64,000 bases of DNA, taken from positions 496,001-560,000 of the forward strand of contig OZ287081.1 of the NCBI GenBank assembly GCA_965645245.1, read 5' to 3'. Shown piece by piece: positions 22,696 to 34,336 of this stretch. The stretch comes from Massalongia carnosa. Lineage: Eukaryota. How positions within the stretch are numbered: position 1 is the first letter of the stretch; each line of letters opens with the position of its first letter. Position numbers and translations under genes: made by a program. The notes below the pieces were generated by a model. The model was not told the DNA's origin and ran no database searches. It saw nothing but the letters and a program-made list of their open reading frames with translations.

Positions 22696-25283
22696 TCACC
22701 ACACCTCCGCCCCCTCCTCCACCCGATACAAGCCATTCTTTTTCTTCTCGACCGCCCAGCGCTCACACCACGTCCGCATTTTCTCCCTGCTCTTCGCGCT
22801 CCCCACGTTAACCGTCGGCACGATGCGATCGATGCGCAACGCACACACGAACAGCGTTAGCTCACGGAAACTGCTGTGCTCGCTGTAGGGTACGCCGAAG
22901 CACTGGGCCTCCCGTGTGCTCCCGCGCTGGGGCATCAGGTCGCGCATCGTATAGCGGGACCGCCATGAGGGCGAGTGCAGCACCGTATGCACTGCCGGGT
23001 TGTCCGTGAGCCTGGACGAGGGGGGACGGTAGTTCCAGCCGGACGGGCGGAAACCAACGACACGCGAGAAATGCGGCTTGTAGGTGGTGAGGTAGTCGGC
23101 AAGAGTGTCGGCGCGCATTTCCATGAGCATTTGCATGTGCACTTGCGCTTCGAGCGGATTGCTGGTAAGGCGGGCGTTGAGCTCGGGATCCTCGAGCGCT
23201 GCGCAAATTTTCTGTTTGGCGGGTGTGGCGTAGATTTTGGAGTTGAGGGCCCGGGCGACGCCAAGGCAGATGCGCTCTTTGCCAATGCTGTAGGTACCAA
23301 CTATGACGAGAAGGCGGCCACGGGGTTTTTCGGTAGGATTAGTAGGGGGTTGTGGGTTATCGATGACAGTCTTGAATTCGTTGACCGCCAAGAGCTCGAT
23401 TTCGGGTCGGGAGTCCTTTTGAACAAATTGCACCATGCCGGTCCCCGCGCGCTCCTTTTTGGTTTTTTCCCAACTATCGTTTTCGTCGATGAAGTCCTTG
23501 CTTAGACTCACGCACATATCGGCGCACGCTCCAATGACTTCTTCCTGGCTTGGAAACGCATACTTGGGGGTGAGGTAGGTAGTATCTAGATAACATACAT
23601 CAAGTCTTTGCTGTGCAATGCTCTTCCCCGTAATAGTATCGACAATATCGGGCCTCAGCTGAGGATGCTGTACATGTGCAGGGCAGGCCCGAAAGTCTCC
23701 ACAGTGTAAAATGCGCTGAACCTTGGGAGTCTTCCCTTTTCCAACCACTTTTTCGAAGAGATATAGCGAGCTGCCGGGGCAATGATTTGCCGGGATCATC
23801 GTGACTTCTACTCCGCCAGTCTCAGGGACTTCCACTTTTTTGTCAAAATCCAAGTCAAAGACCCATTTGGGGTCCACGCGCAGCTGACGTCGAACCAGGT
23901 TTGCGGTAACATGGCTGCAGTAGATGGGTCCATGACACCAAGATGAGGTAAGTCCAATGTAGTGATCACTATGGAAATGACTCAAGAAATACGCTTTGCA
24001 GTTCTCCACTGCACCGTAACGAAAAGCATCAACGCAAATGGAAAATCCGGGCAAGATTTTGTAAAAAGGGCATGTTCGCTGGTAGGCGGGCTTGCCTCGC
24101 GACGCTGTTTCCGAAGCCGCCGCAGTTGCCCATGCGGTATCTTCTGCGTGCGATGACATCAACTGGGAAAAGGCGGACGATCCAAGCATATTGTTCGAGG
24201 CCAGCCGAAATGGATTCTCCTGCCCTGGTCTTGCAATAGCCGCTCGTTGAAAACGTTTGTGGTGAGGAATCATGGAGCTGTTGCTGACCGAGGGCTGCGC
24301 TAAATCAGTTTTCGAAGGTGTCTTGGAGGGCGAAGGTGATTCAGCCTTGCCATCAAGGCAATTGTTGACATGTACGGATGCTTGCTGTAGGTTGTTAGAC
24401 GTTTTCACCGATATCACACTCAACCTACCTGTTCCGTGAACCCAACGAATCTTTCGCTGCAAATCGGACATGTGCCTGCCGTCTCATCATCTCGAATTGG
24501 ATCATCGCTTCTACTCAACTCGGACAGACTCTCCGACTCTCCGTCTGGGTCGAAATCCTCCTCGAATTGCCGCTGTTCCTCCATCCACCGTCTCTCAAGG
24601 TATTCTTCCCCTTCTTCAGGAAACTCATCATCAATGAAATCCTCTATTCTTCCTTCGTTAATACTTGTCGACTCTTGTTTTAAAAACGAAACTGCGATTG
24701 GGTTTTCGGTGTCCTTGTTTGCCCTCCTTCCTTCCACGACCACATCCGATGAAGACACAACGCCAAGCCCACCCTGCCTGCGAGCAGCATCTATAGTTAC
24801 CCCATTTGGCAACATATGGGCCATCTCATTATCATCATCCGATTCCTCAATAAATGGGCCATTTCTTGGCGCATGCTCTGCTGCATTTCCAATGTCCAAA
24901 GGCGAAGCTTCCAAAACCCAATTCACTCTTCGCCGCTTGCTAGGACCGTTGTCTTCATTATAGCGTGATGATATCATGTCCATCGCCTGCTCGCTGTTAT
25001 GATGTGGTGAGTTCTCGGCCGAGAAATAGTCTCTCGGGGGAGTTGGCGTTTGGATTGGCTCATCCACCTGCACAGCTGACACCTCGTCTTCCAGAAACAG
25101 ACCCCCTTCCAAATCGTGCGAGCAATCTTCTATTGTTGAAGGCGGCGTTGCCTTCTTAAAGAAATTTAAGATGCTGCCATTAGATTTTGCCCTGGTCTTT
25201 CCAGACGTGGTAGCAGAAGTCCGGGCACTGCTCTGTGAAAGTGTCTTACTCCTACCTATCAAAGGAGTAGTTAAGGCTGGCAT
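22696..25283 (-). CDS. PSO2: DNA interstrand cross-link repair nuclease Pso2/Snm1 (UBZ finger plus metallo-beta-lactamase/beta-CASP)
   Basis: CPFYK, VDAFRYG, FLSHFHSDHYIGL, ANHCPGS, LHCGDFRA, YLDTTY, GTYSIGKE and VPYSEHSSF. A 44-nt intron at 24385-24428 splits CPICS...HVNNCLD. The start (MPALTT) is uncertain. Confidence 0.95.
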
Positions 25284-26042
25284 TTTCAAGTCCCCGTTCG
25301 TAGAAGCAAACGGTGCTTCGTTTGCAGTAGAGGAAGGTGGTGTGGGCGGACGGCCAGTCAATGATTGGAGGGAGGATTCAGTTGTACATGAGTCTCGAGG
25401 TTTTCTAAATATGAATTTATTGCTCAAGGAAAGTGATAGTTAATATCATGAACAGGTAGGTACGTTATACAACTATATTGACGCATCACGGAAACAGGAG
25501 ATCACATGATATGTAAGGCTGATTGCCACTTCTGCTACCTATTCTCACATGGAATAACTACTCCTGATTGCACTAACGTTAACTAGTTAACCCAATCAAA
25601 CATCGTGGATGTTTACGGCTACCTAGCCTTTGGAGTGTTGGTCTGAACTACCTTCAAGTCATTATCTTCAGGCAGATTTTCTTATTCCATTGATCACTTT
25701 CTCTCGTTCGATTCAGGTCCCCCTGGCAAGCGTGGCGTATTTTCTAGTAATTCGCAGGCTCCATCGTGTCGGCTGAATAATTATACAACTCTATCTATGG
25801 TTGGGCAGCTCTCCCCTTGCTGCTGCCCGGCTAGCGCTCAGTTTTGCTGAAGGCCCCTCCTATAATGGCTTTGTTTTGGCAACAGTGAGCTGAAAAACTC
25901 CTTCTATCTATGCGGCTGAGTCAAGGAGTGGGTGGTTGGGAAAAAGACCTTTTGGTACTGGGCTCCGAATCAATGGTGATGATAAGGAGAAGAGTGCCAG
26001 AGTGCCACCTATTTATGCCCTCTTTCTTCCCTTCTTGTCCAA

Positions 26043-27139
26043 CTATTTGGACATCATCCCCTTGCCCTCGGCCTTCACCGGCGTGACCCTAGGCTCTGTA
26101 TACCCTTCATCGGGGTTATAGCAAAACATAGCGATGAGCGTCTAAATGAAGCAGCAGTCTAGGTTAACAGTCATGCCGAGACCAAGCCCGCTCGCAAGTG
26201 GTACTGCCAACAACACAAAGGAAAAGGAAACACGTACATTTTGATCAAATGCATCACAACAAAACCGATTTTTAGGTTTCAAGCACTTTTTGGCCCCACC
26301 AATAACTGCATGCTAAGTATTAGTCTCGTACCGGAGGTGGACTTGAAGAGATAAACGGACATATTTGACATTCAAGAATCATGACGTCGAGCTTCTGTCG
26401 AACACCGTCACAGCAAACATGCTTCTCATTTCTCTCCTTGTTGCAGGGGTCTTCAGGCCGCTCCGTCGTTGGTGGTATTCTGGGGGGTGCTTTAGGTGGT
26501 TCATCCTCAGGTGGAAGACAGTATATTGGCTCTTTCGGCTTTGGCTTGAAGATAGAAGGAAGTAGATCCCTCAAACCCCGGGAGATAAGGTTAGGGCTTT
26601 GGGCCTGCCCACCAATGCATGGTTTTGAAATAGCAGTAAATGCATCGGAGCTCTTTCCATCGTTGGCGTATGTGTTACTGCCCAGCGGGTCTAACTCATC
26701 TCCAACCGGCTCTTTACCGATTCCTGAATTTGTGACAACATTTTCTGTGCCTGAAACGGCCCCATTCCATTCACCAACCATATTAGGGCTCCCGACGTCG
26801 CTGGCTTGGGTAGTAGCGGTTCTCTGTTCGGAAACAGGATTGTTTCCGCCAGGAGGAACGAGAGAACTCGTAATATCGACATCTGGACTGGGTAAATCGT
26901 CAGTCCACTTGCTGGAGGCTTTTGAAGTTGATTCTTCGGTGGACTCGACTGCAGCAAGAAACTGGTCCGGCTCGCTGCTAGGCCAATTGAGTACGCCATC
27001 CGAGACTTGGTCGCCTTTGTTTCTAGCAGCGTTAAAGCTTAGCTGATAATCGATTATTGGATCATGTGCCATCGGCCCAAGGACGTGCGTTTATAGCGGT
27101 GAACTGTAGTACGGTCACGAGAAAGATGAAGGAAAACAT
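26043..27139 (-). pseudogene. Secreted protein with a C-terminal hydrophobin-type 8-Cys domain; signal peptide out of frame by 1 nt
   Basis: MFSFIFLVTVLQFTAINARP from ATG 27139, which is 67 nt upstream of the ORF start at 27072. Introns at 26306-26360 and 26142-26237 give C-x9-CC-x13-C-x9-C-x7-CC-x12-C. Confidence 0.68.
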
Positions 27140-28935
27140 GATGATAAGAGGACGAAAAATAAATCAGAGTTTTATGATGTTGGATTTGTAGCATCCTTGA
27201 GCAGTAACTGCCTGCTGGCGACGTCAAGGGAAAAGCGAACGCTCAGGGTTATATGTACTTCGCCCTTGGGCACCACTTTGTTCTGAAACATATTACTTGA
27301 TAGTATTTACCAACCTGCAACTAGAGACGGAATGAAAGAACAGAGAACCGGAGACGACAATTAGATCGAGCGAGTGATCCATAACTGTGGAATCTCTCAA
27401 TAAAATGTCTTTAAGCCTTACAGAGATTGACGATGTTCCTAGTCAACCCCAACAGTTTGCGGGAAATACTGATTGATACTTGACTCACCATCCATCAAAT
27501 GTGATAGGTATTTGCTGCAGATGATGGTATACTTACCTGTTACTACTGATCAAAAAACATCCTTCCCATGTCGCGGGATGACGGTGAAACGCCCCCTAAC
27601 CAATTACCTAGTTAACTTTCCGGCTCCTGCGCTGCTTCCCCAAAACACCCAACTCTCCGACTGCGGATAGTCAACCTTGCCTGCCTCCAAGGCCACGGGC
27701 AGATTCTGCTCCCAGACTCAGGGTGAAGCAACTTAGATACCTCGATATGGAAGATCTTATCTACCTATACACCCCTGAACCGCCCATGCTGTCAGTCAGC
27801 ATGCGACCAGTAGTTGCAAGATTCCTTCCGAACGCCTAATTAGTGCAATGAAACACGAGATTCTCTAGAATACAAGTAGTGCCAAAGAGAGTTGCAATTC
27901 CAACAGTCTCTACAGGGAACCCCCCAAATCAGTAAGTTAGTTGAACCACCGACGTGTCCAGGAAACCCGGAAAGCGCAAAACGGGGACCAAGAAAGTTGG
28001 GACACCAAAATTTTCACTCCACCAGAAACCTCTCATTCGCATCGTTAAACTTGCACACGACTTGTACTTTGGCTTTAGTAGATGTAGGATATACTTCCTG
28101 ATAATCATGAGAATCTAATTGGGATGTTTGTTGACGTTGCATAATAATTAAATTATTTGATGATGGAAGGGTTCAAAGCTTTACTCGGAAAAATATTTAC
28201 CGGGGGCCGGAAGCGGAAGTGGAGGAGGTTGGAAATGTTCCAGTTTTGGAGCACGCAATCCCTCCAGATCCCACCTCTTAATCCCCATCTTCTCCAAACC
28301 AACCCCCGCCCCTTGTTCCCAAATCTTATTTTTCGAACAACAAAACAAAAACAAAAACAAAAATATGTTCTATCCCTCCCACATCTCACCGGCCCTTTCT
28401 CGTCCTATCATGGACAAGTCCGCCCTGCTGGTAATATTTCATATACCACTGACTAACTAACAAACTTACCTTTTCGTTTTCTCCGTGCGCGTTCACAGAT
28501 ACTAGAAACCCCCACCCCCCCAAAAGATATTTCCCGTTGTCTCTTAGAGAGAGGATAGATATCAAGCTCTGTAGTTTTAAACCCGGGAGGGGGGAACTAG
28601 GTGGATCAGGGGCTTTCTAGTTCTGTTTGATAGGAGCGGGGGACTTGTGAGTTGGGGGAGGGGAGGGGAGGGGGGGGGGGTTGGTATTTGATGGGGGTTT
28701 TAATGACGAGTACAACAGTAGCCGAGGAATACTGAAGCCGTTTAAAGCTATGCAAAATGAGGTATAAAAGACGATAAAAGTAAGGATCAAGAGGGCAAGC
28801 GAAATCGACAGATCCCCCACCCCCCCAATACTCGCCAAACTAGGTCCCTTAAGACCACCGGAGCAACAAAACAGTGGCTCACTCCCTTCTACCCGATGAC
28901 TCTTCCCCCGGAAATAGAGCTTTCGCCCCGTTCAC

Positions 28936-29577
28936 TCACTTGGGCACCCGCTGCCCAGGCTTCGATCCCGCGTTCCTAGTCGGCGGCTTGGGAGCCGGAG
29001 CCGGAGCCGGCGCGCTGGAGGGAGGAGGCGCCGGCTTTGGCGCAGCCGGAGGCGCACTAGGAGGAGCGGGCGCAGGCGCAGGAGGATTCTTGCGGAAAAT
29101 ATTGCAGCCGCCGGGCGGGAGGGCGCCGAACTGTCGCATGTATTCTCCGCAGAGGATATCCACGGCAATGTCTTCCATGCTGGCGACTTGCGTACCGTCA
29201 AGGTTGCCGTTGTCGTCTCCGCTATCGTCGCTGCCTGAGTCGCTGCCTGAGCCACCGCCTGAGTCGCCACCTTCTCCTCCGCCGCCATCTCCACCACCTT
29301 CTCCGCATCGGCGATGGATTTCCTCTCTAGACCTCCCAATAAGGGCTCTCTTACACAACTCTTCGGGTGCAACTTCTTCATCCAGACGTTTAACAATTTC
29401 GTTTTGGAAGCTGTTCATTGGGCTTGCAAGATCTCCTTCTAATCCATCTATTCATCATCAGCACCAGTGAAGGCATCTTGAAGTATACCACTCACTCGCA
29501 ATTGGGAATGCATTAACACCTAGAGAAGTAACGGTAAGGGAGACCGCAAAAAATAGGGAGCTGAGATGCATCTTCAT
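28936..29577 (-). CDS. Small secreted Gly-rich/Pro-rich protein with dibasic (Kex2-type) sites
   Basis: Signal peptide MKMHLSSLFFAVSLTVTSLGVNAFP. A 48-nt intron at 29448-29495 (GTGAGT...GCTGAT...TAG) joins it in frame to ORF 28936-29418. Confidence 0.8.
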
Positions 29578-30795
29578 TCGAAGCTTGTCCGGCTTGAAGG
29601 CTAGTAGCAGATCGATGAGTTATCGAAAGCAGTTCCAGGCCGATCAGCTGTGAAACTAATATTCTTGGAAGGATGAAGCTGAAGCTTAATTGAATGGAGG
29701 TCGATGAAGTCTGCGGGGAGCTGCCTTTTTATGATAACTTTCTACACCGTGTGAAATTAAAATCATATTTTGAACTGGCGATGAAGCCATCCTGCTGCGG
29801 TGTAACCTCAATAGTAGCACGAATGGAAGCAGTGAGCGGCTTTAGCTGGATGTCTGTTCACAGCTATCCATATCGGTGGTTATACAATAAGACATTACTT
29901 GCCTCTTTCTACCTGATTCCCCGCTATACATACTATGTACAGTTTCATACGAGGTTTGGGGGCCACCACCATTATCGTCATGACCCTTGAAAAGCAACCT
30001 CAGTTGGTACATAGGTTGGTCCACGACGGAGGGCCTTCGAGAAGCGTTGGCTTTGGAGTTACCTTGCCCTGTTTCTATTGCACACACAAGCATCGGCTGC
30101 TCCGGCTCGACACGGATATTGTTCCTTGATCACATATCGTGGCTTTATTTGGGGGCGGTGGTCTCAAAGTTTATTGTGTCCTGCATGGCGTTAAAATGCT
30201 TCATTCCAGGAAGCGGCTCGACCAGCGGAATGAACATTCAACATTCCAGACTAGGCATTATGCAAAGAACCGTCCATGAGTGTTGACCACGAAGGCGGCG
30301 ATTGTAATGTCGGAGAAAGTAAATACACCGAAGAATTTCAGACGAGAGATGCTAGAGGATGGTTACGGAGTATGCCTGACGGATTGAAAGAATACGAAGT
30401 ACTCCATAGGGAGACAGCCAAGGTGAAGCCATTCCCATGTAACAATACGCAAACATCGTGTCACGTTCCGTCTGCCACAGGCCAAGGCTAAACATTCAGC
30501 TGATCTGACTCCTTTTTAAATGCGATCTTGTGTAACGAATGATGCAGGCACCACTGCAACTGCAGGCACACGTTATACGGTACACGGTACACGGTATACG
30601 GAGCAAGAAACGAGAAGAAAGATAGATCAAAGCCCTAGAACCTAACAATAGATGATCTCAACCTTATCCTAGTATCTCCCTAGTTAGTATCTCATGTTGC
30701 AGTGTATCTCCCGCATTGACAAATTACCTAGAAAAACGGAGAACAGGGACGGAGCAACAACCGAAAAATGGAAAACTTTGTTTGTGAGCAAACTA

Positions 30796-31138
30796 CACCT
30801 CTTTGCAAAATGGTTGGCCGAACTTTGAACTTTTAAAAATGCGGGCGCAAAAAAAATTAGACGATCTCCCTTGTACCTTTTATGTACGAAGTACCTCCTT
30901 TCGCAACCCCTTTGCAACCCCTATCATGATTATAATTAAAAAAATCAGGCAAATCATGATTTTTTCAACTTACCATGTTGCAGTTCGATTAAATCATGCA
31001 ACGCAAATATATTTAATCTGCAATAGTTATGTAAAGGGGTTGTGAGAGGAGGTACATAGGAGGTAAAAAGGTGCGTTAATCGTCTAATTTTTTTACGCCC
31101 GCATTTAAAGTTCGGGCAACCATTTTGCAAAGAGGTTG
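30796..31138. mobile_element. MITE / non-autonomous Tc1-mariner-type element (343 bp)
   Basis: Imperfect TIRs of about 120 bp (CA[A]CCTCTTTGCAAAATGGTTG[G/C]CCGAACTTT...AAAAAAATTAGACGAT...CAACCCCTTT), TA on both flanks (30794-30795, 31139-31140) and an AT-rich non-coding centre. Confidence 0.88.
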
Positions 31139-31879
31139 TAACTTAATCAAGGTTCGACGGTGTTCCATGAATCTCTTGCTGTCAGACTTTTTCACCAACG
31201 AGCTATCAGCGGTTGAGGTAGCAAAGTGTCAAGCTGGGGCAAAAGGCTTTCTTCGAGCGTCTGCTCGGTAGATTGCTTGAGCGACTGTGACTCGGATAAA
31301 TCTCGAACACGCTTGGAATAGTTTAACACCCCTCTCATCATGAGCTATTCAATCATCTCAAATTAAATTGGCACATCGACGGTATTGCCCCGATTTGTCC
31401 AATGCACTTTGCAGTCATACTATGGGGATTGGCCATTTTCTCGGAGAATCCTAACCACTTTCTGTTGAATGGCTTCTCGTCTCATTTGAACCGGTCGACT
31501 CAGCCCATAAAACCTGGTATCTAAAGCTAGCGATCTGTGGGAAGTCCTCTTCCCACTTCACACTTGGTTCGAAGCGGCTCAGAATATTTAAGCATATTGA
31601 AAGCTCTTGAGACGCCTTAGCCAATCAATGTTCGCTGTCGCATTGACTTTCTCTAGCAAGTGATGCTACGGTCGTACCTACACAATTGTGCAGTGTAGCT
31701 CTCTGGATCATTCTGAAGAGATTGAGGCTAGCAGCTCATTGGTAATCGTCGTCAGATCACAAATTTGTCATTTTAGTTGCCGCCTTTTACATTATTACTA
31801 AGCGTATGTAGAATGATCTAGGAACAGGGCATCATGCTACATGATGTCTTATCAACTATTGCAATCGAGGCTTCAACAC

Positions 31880-31909
31880 GTTGTTGTTGTTGTTGTTGTT
31901 GTTGTTGTT
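31880..31909. repeat. (GTT)10 microsatellite
   Basis: Perfect trinucleotide run. Confidence 0.95.
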
Positions 31910-34336
31910 ACTAAACTGCCAGCTAGATAAATTCTATATTTGGTGTAGAAGCGAAAGCGACGATGATTTGCATCAGCATTCTTGAAGCTGCACATATCTG
32001 GAATGCTGTTCACTGGATACGCTAGGGGAGACAGATGATCAACTATCAACCCGCCAGAAATACACTCCACTATCCAACATCAACCGCCTATGGACAGATT
32101 TGAGATGGGTGGATGTGTGTCGAGGCCCCTTCCCTCTCCGATTCAAAAGAAAGTGATGAGCGAAAGTCTTGTCGTCGCTGTTCATTGACCGACAGTCAAT
32201 CAATGACCCCAGATTTTCAGGCGCGCCCGATAAAAGTGGTGATTCGCAATTCTTGAAACGGAGAACATGTAGCTTTTCAATCTTCGCTGCATCCTGTATG
32301 CCCAACCGCTTAGTTTCAGGCAGATAAATAGGAAGAAACTCCCATGTTCAGACCATATAGAGAGATGTATCATGAAGAAATCATTCAGGTATTCCTCACT
32401 TGATGCTAGATCCGGGTCTTGGGCATGCTATTTCCCAGATGCGGCGCCGCTTTCATCTTCAGAGAGGGTTAAAATACATTTTGCGGGTACTCTGGTTTAT
32501 TACAAGATCATGACGTTTTGTACATCGTCTTTCGTGTCAAACGCAAGCATGATATATTTTCAATCAAATTATCCCCACTTAATTAGCCAGATTACGTTCA
32601 TCGTTATAGCCATAGTCATAGTTATACCTGTTCAGACGTACTCAAAATATATTGTCTCATATTATAGATTACCCAGATTGCGGTTAACTATCCCAACGTT
32701 GGATGTTTCAAAAGCGTAACGTTCACTAGAATCCCTACTTTCTTTTCATTCTGTTTCCTATGATGTAATCAAATGTATACACATCGGCTGTGAGAAACAC
32801 GGTACAGGCATTCCATCAAGACTTGTGACTATCCGGTACGAATATAGGTATTTATAAAGGCGGGATTACTCGTGCTATGGCTGGCTTTTCTCATCTTGTT
32901 ACAACAGTTAGGGCCGAGACTAGTTAGCCTACTGGGAAGATGAAGCTTGTGATATTGAAGGTTGAAGGCTGTAGGGGTGCGAGATCTTCGCGATTCCATC
33001 CACTATACAAAGTGTACCAATCCCTTAGGTACCTTTCAGTACCCCTCCCTTGCTACATATATTTACAGGTACCTGGTTGGAGGTTCAGAGGCAATACGCT
33101 GAGAAATCACTAGTCCCACCTGATTAAATTCGGTTCAAAACTCTCTAAATTGCTCGCAGCCCAGGAGCCCTCCACACGCTCTTTGCTGTACTCGTACCGT
33201 GCAATGCGGCCGACGAGGGAACAAGCAATCTCTTCTTCGAGACGAGTGCATAGGATTCGCTTTTCCTGAAGGATTGCATTGCTGCATCGAGAGCAGCGGA
33301 TACATACTGGACACAGAATGGATAAGCTGAGTGAGAATTGTCACGTTTCTCGAGATCGCCAGCCTTCCGGTAGCGAAGTGCAGCTGTCTTGCCTTTGACT
33401 GCGTTAGTCGCCATGTTTGCACGCAGCGCCGGGAAGATGAAGCAGCTGTCGCAAGACCGACACCAATCACCAACCCAGACGTCTGGCCCACGGGCGGTCT
33501 GAATGCACGGAGGCCTCTCTCTCTTTGATCTTTCCGACTCGCCTACCGAGTAGTTTCCATCGTTTAATCTACCCTTGCGTAGACTTTGGGACCCTGCATA
33601 TCGACTGGGTAGTCGCAGACATCAATTTCGAGCCCATACTCGTCGCGACTATCTGTTTTGTTTCGTTTTTGAGTCCTGTTTAACGACGGATGATGGACGG
33701 GGTCAGGTGGGCTCCGATAGCTTGTCTACACCTTTGGCGGCGGGAGCCTTGGCAGTTGCCTTTAGCCTCTTGTTATCTTGTTATGCTTCCGGACCGCGAA
33801 CCGGAAGCCTCGGCTCTTTTGTCCGTTTGACATTCTTTGTCGTCCAATTCACCGGTCACCGTTCACGTTTCCCCCTTCACCATTCGATCGTTCCCTGGTC
33901 GCCCCACCACTCATTCCTGTCCCAATCCTAGACGCCCAGATCACATTCACTTTTGATTCACCACGTGCCATTCGGCTGGCTGACCGCCTGCCCCAACCCC
34001 ATCCACTTCCATTCATGGCATACAGCTAGTAATACTTACTGTAATGCTTAGGTATGTGGTGTAATATGCCCACTCTGTACGGATACAGAGATAGGTATGG
34101 ATCTTAGTCGTACACAACCCCATGACGCATCTGTGGCGGCTTCCTTTCCCCTTGCGGCGAAGAATCTCTCCCCCCAGTCATCCCGCAACTCCTCCAGCTA
34201 ATAAGACAAGATCCGACCGTTCATCCCCCCTCACCTTCCACCTGCCGGTTTGAACTGCTCTCCACTTCAGAGCTCTCATTCTGGGCGGTCGATACCTCGG
34301 AAAAGTGCGACTGGTCTTGTCGGGCACGCTGGGATC

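Noticed and set aside
31150..32310. Possible decayed minus-strand gene
   Set aside because: Some protein-like stretches, but many stops and no identifiable family without a database search.
33690..34336. uORFs and a leader intron upstream of KHA1
   Set aside because: Plausible (GTATGT at about 34052), but the transcript start is unknown, so it cannot be supported.
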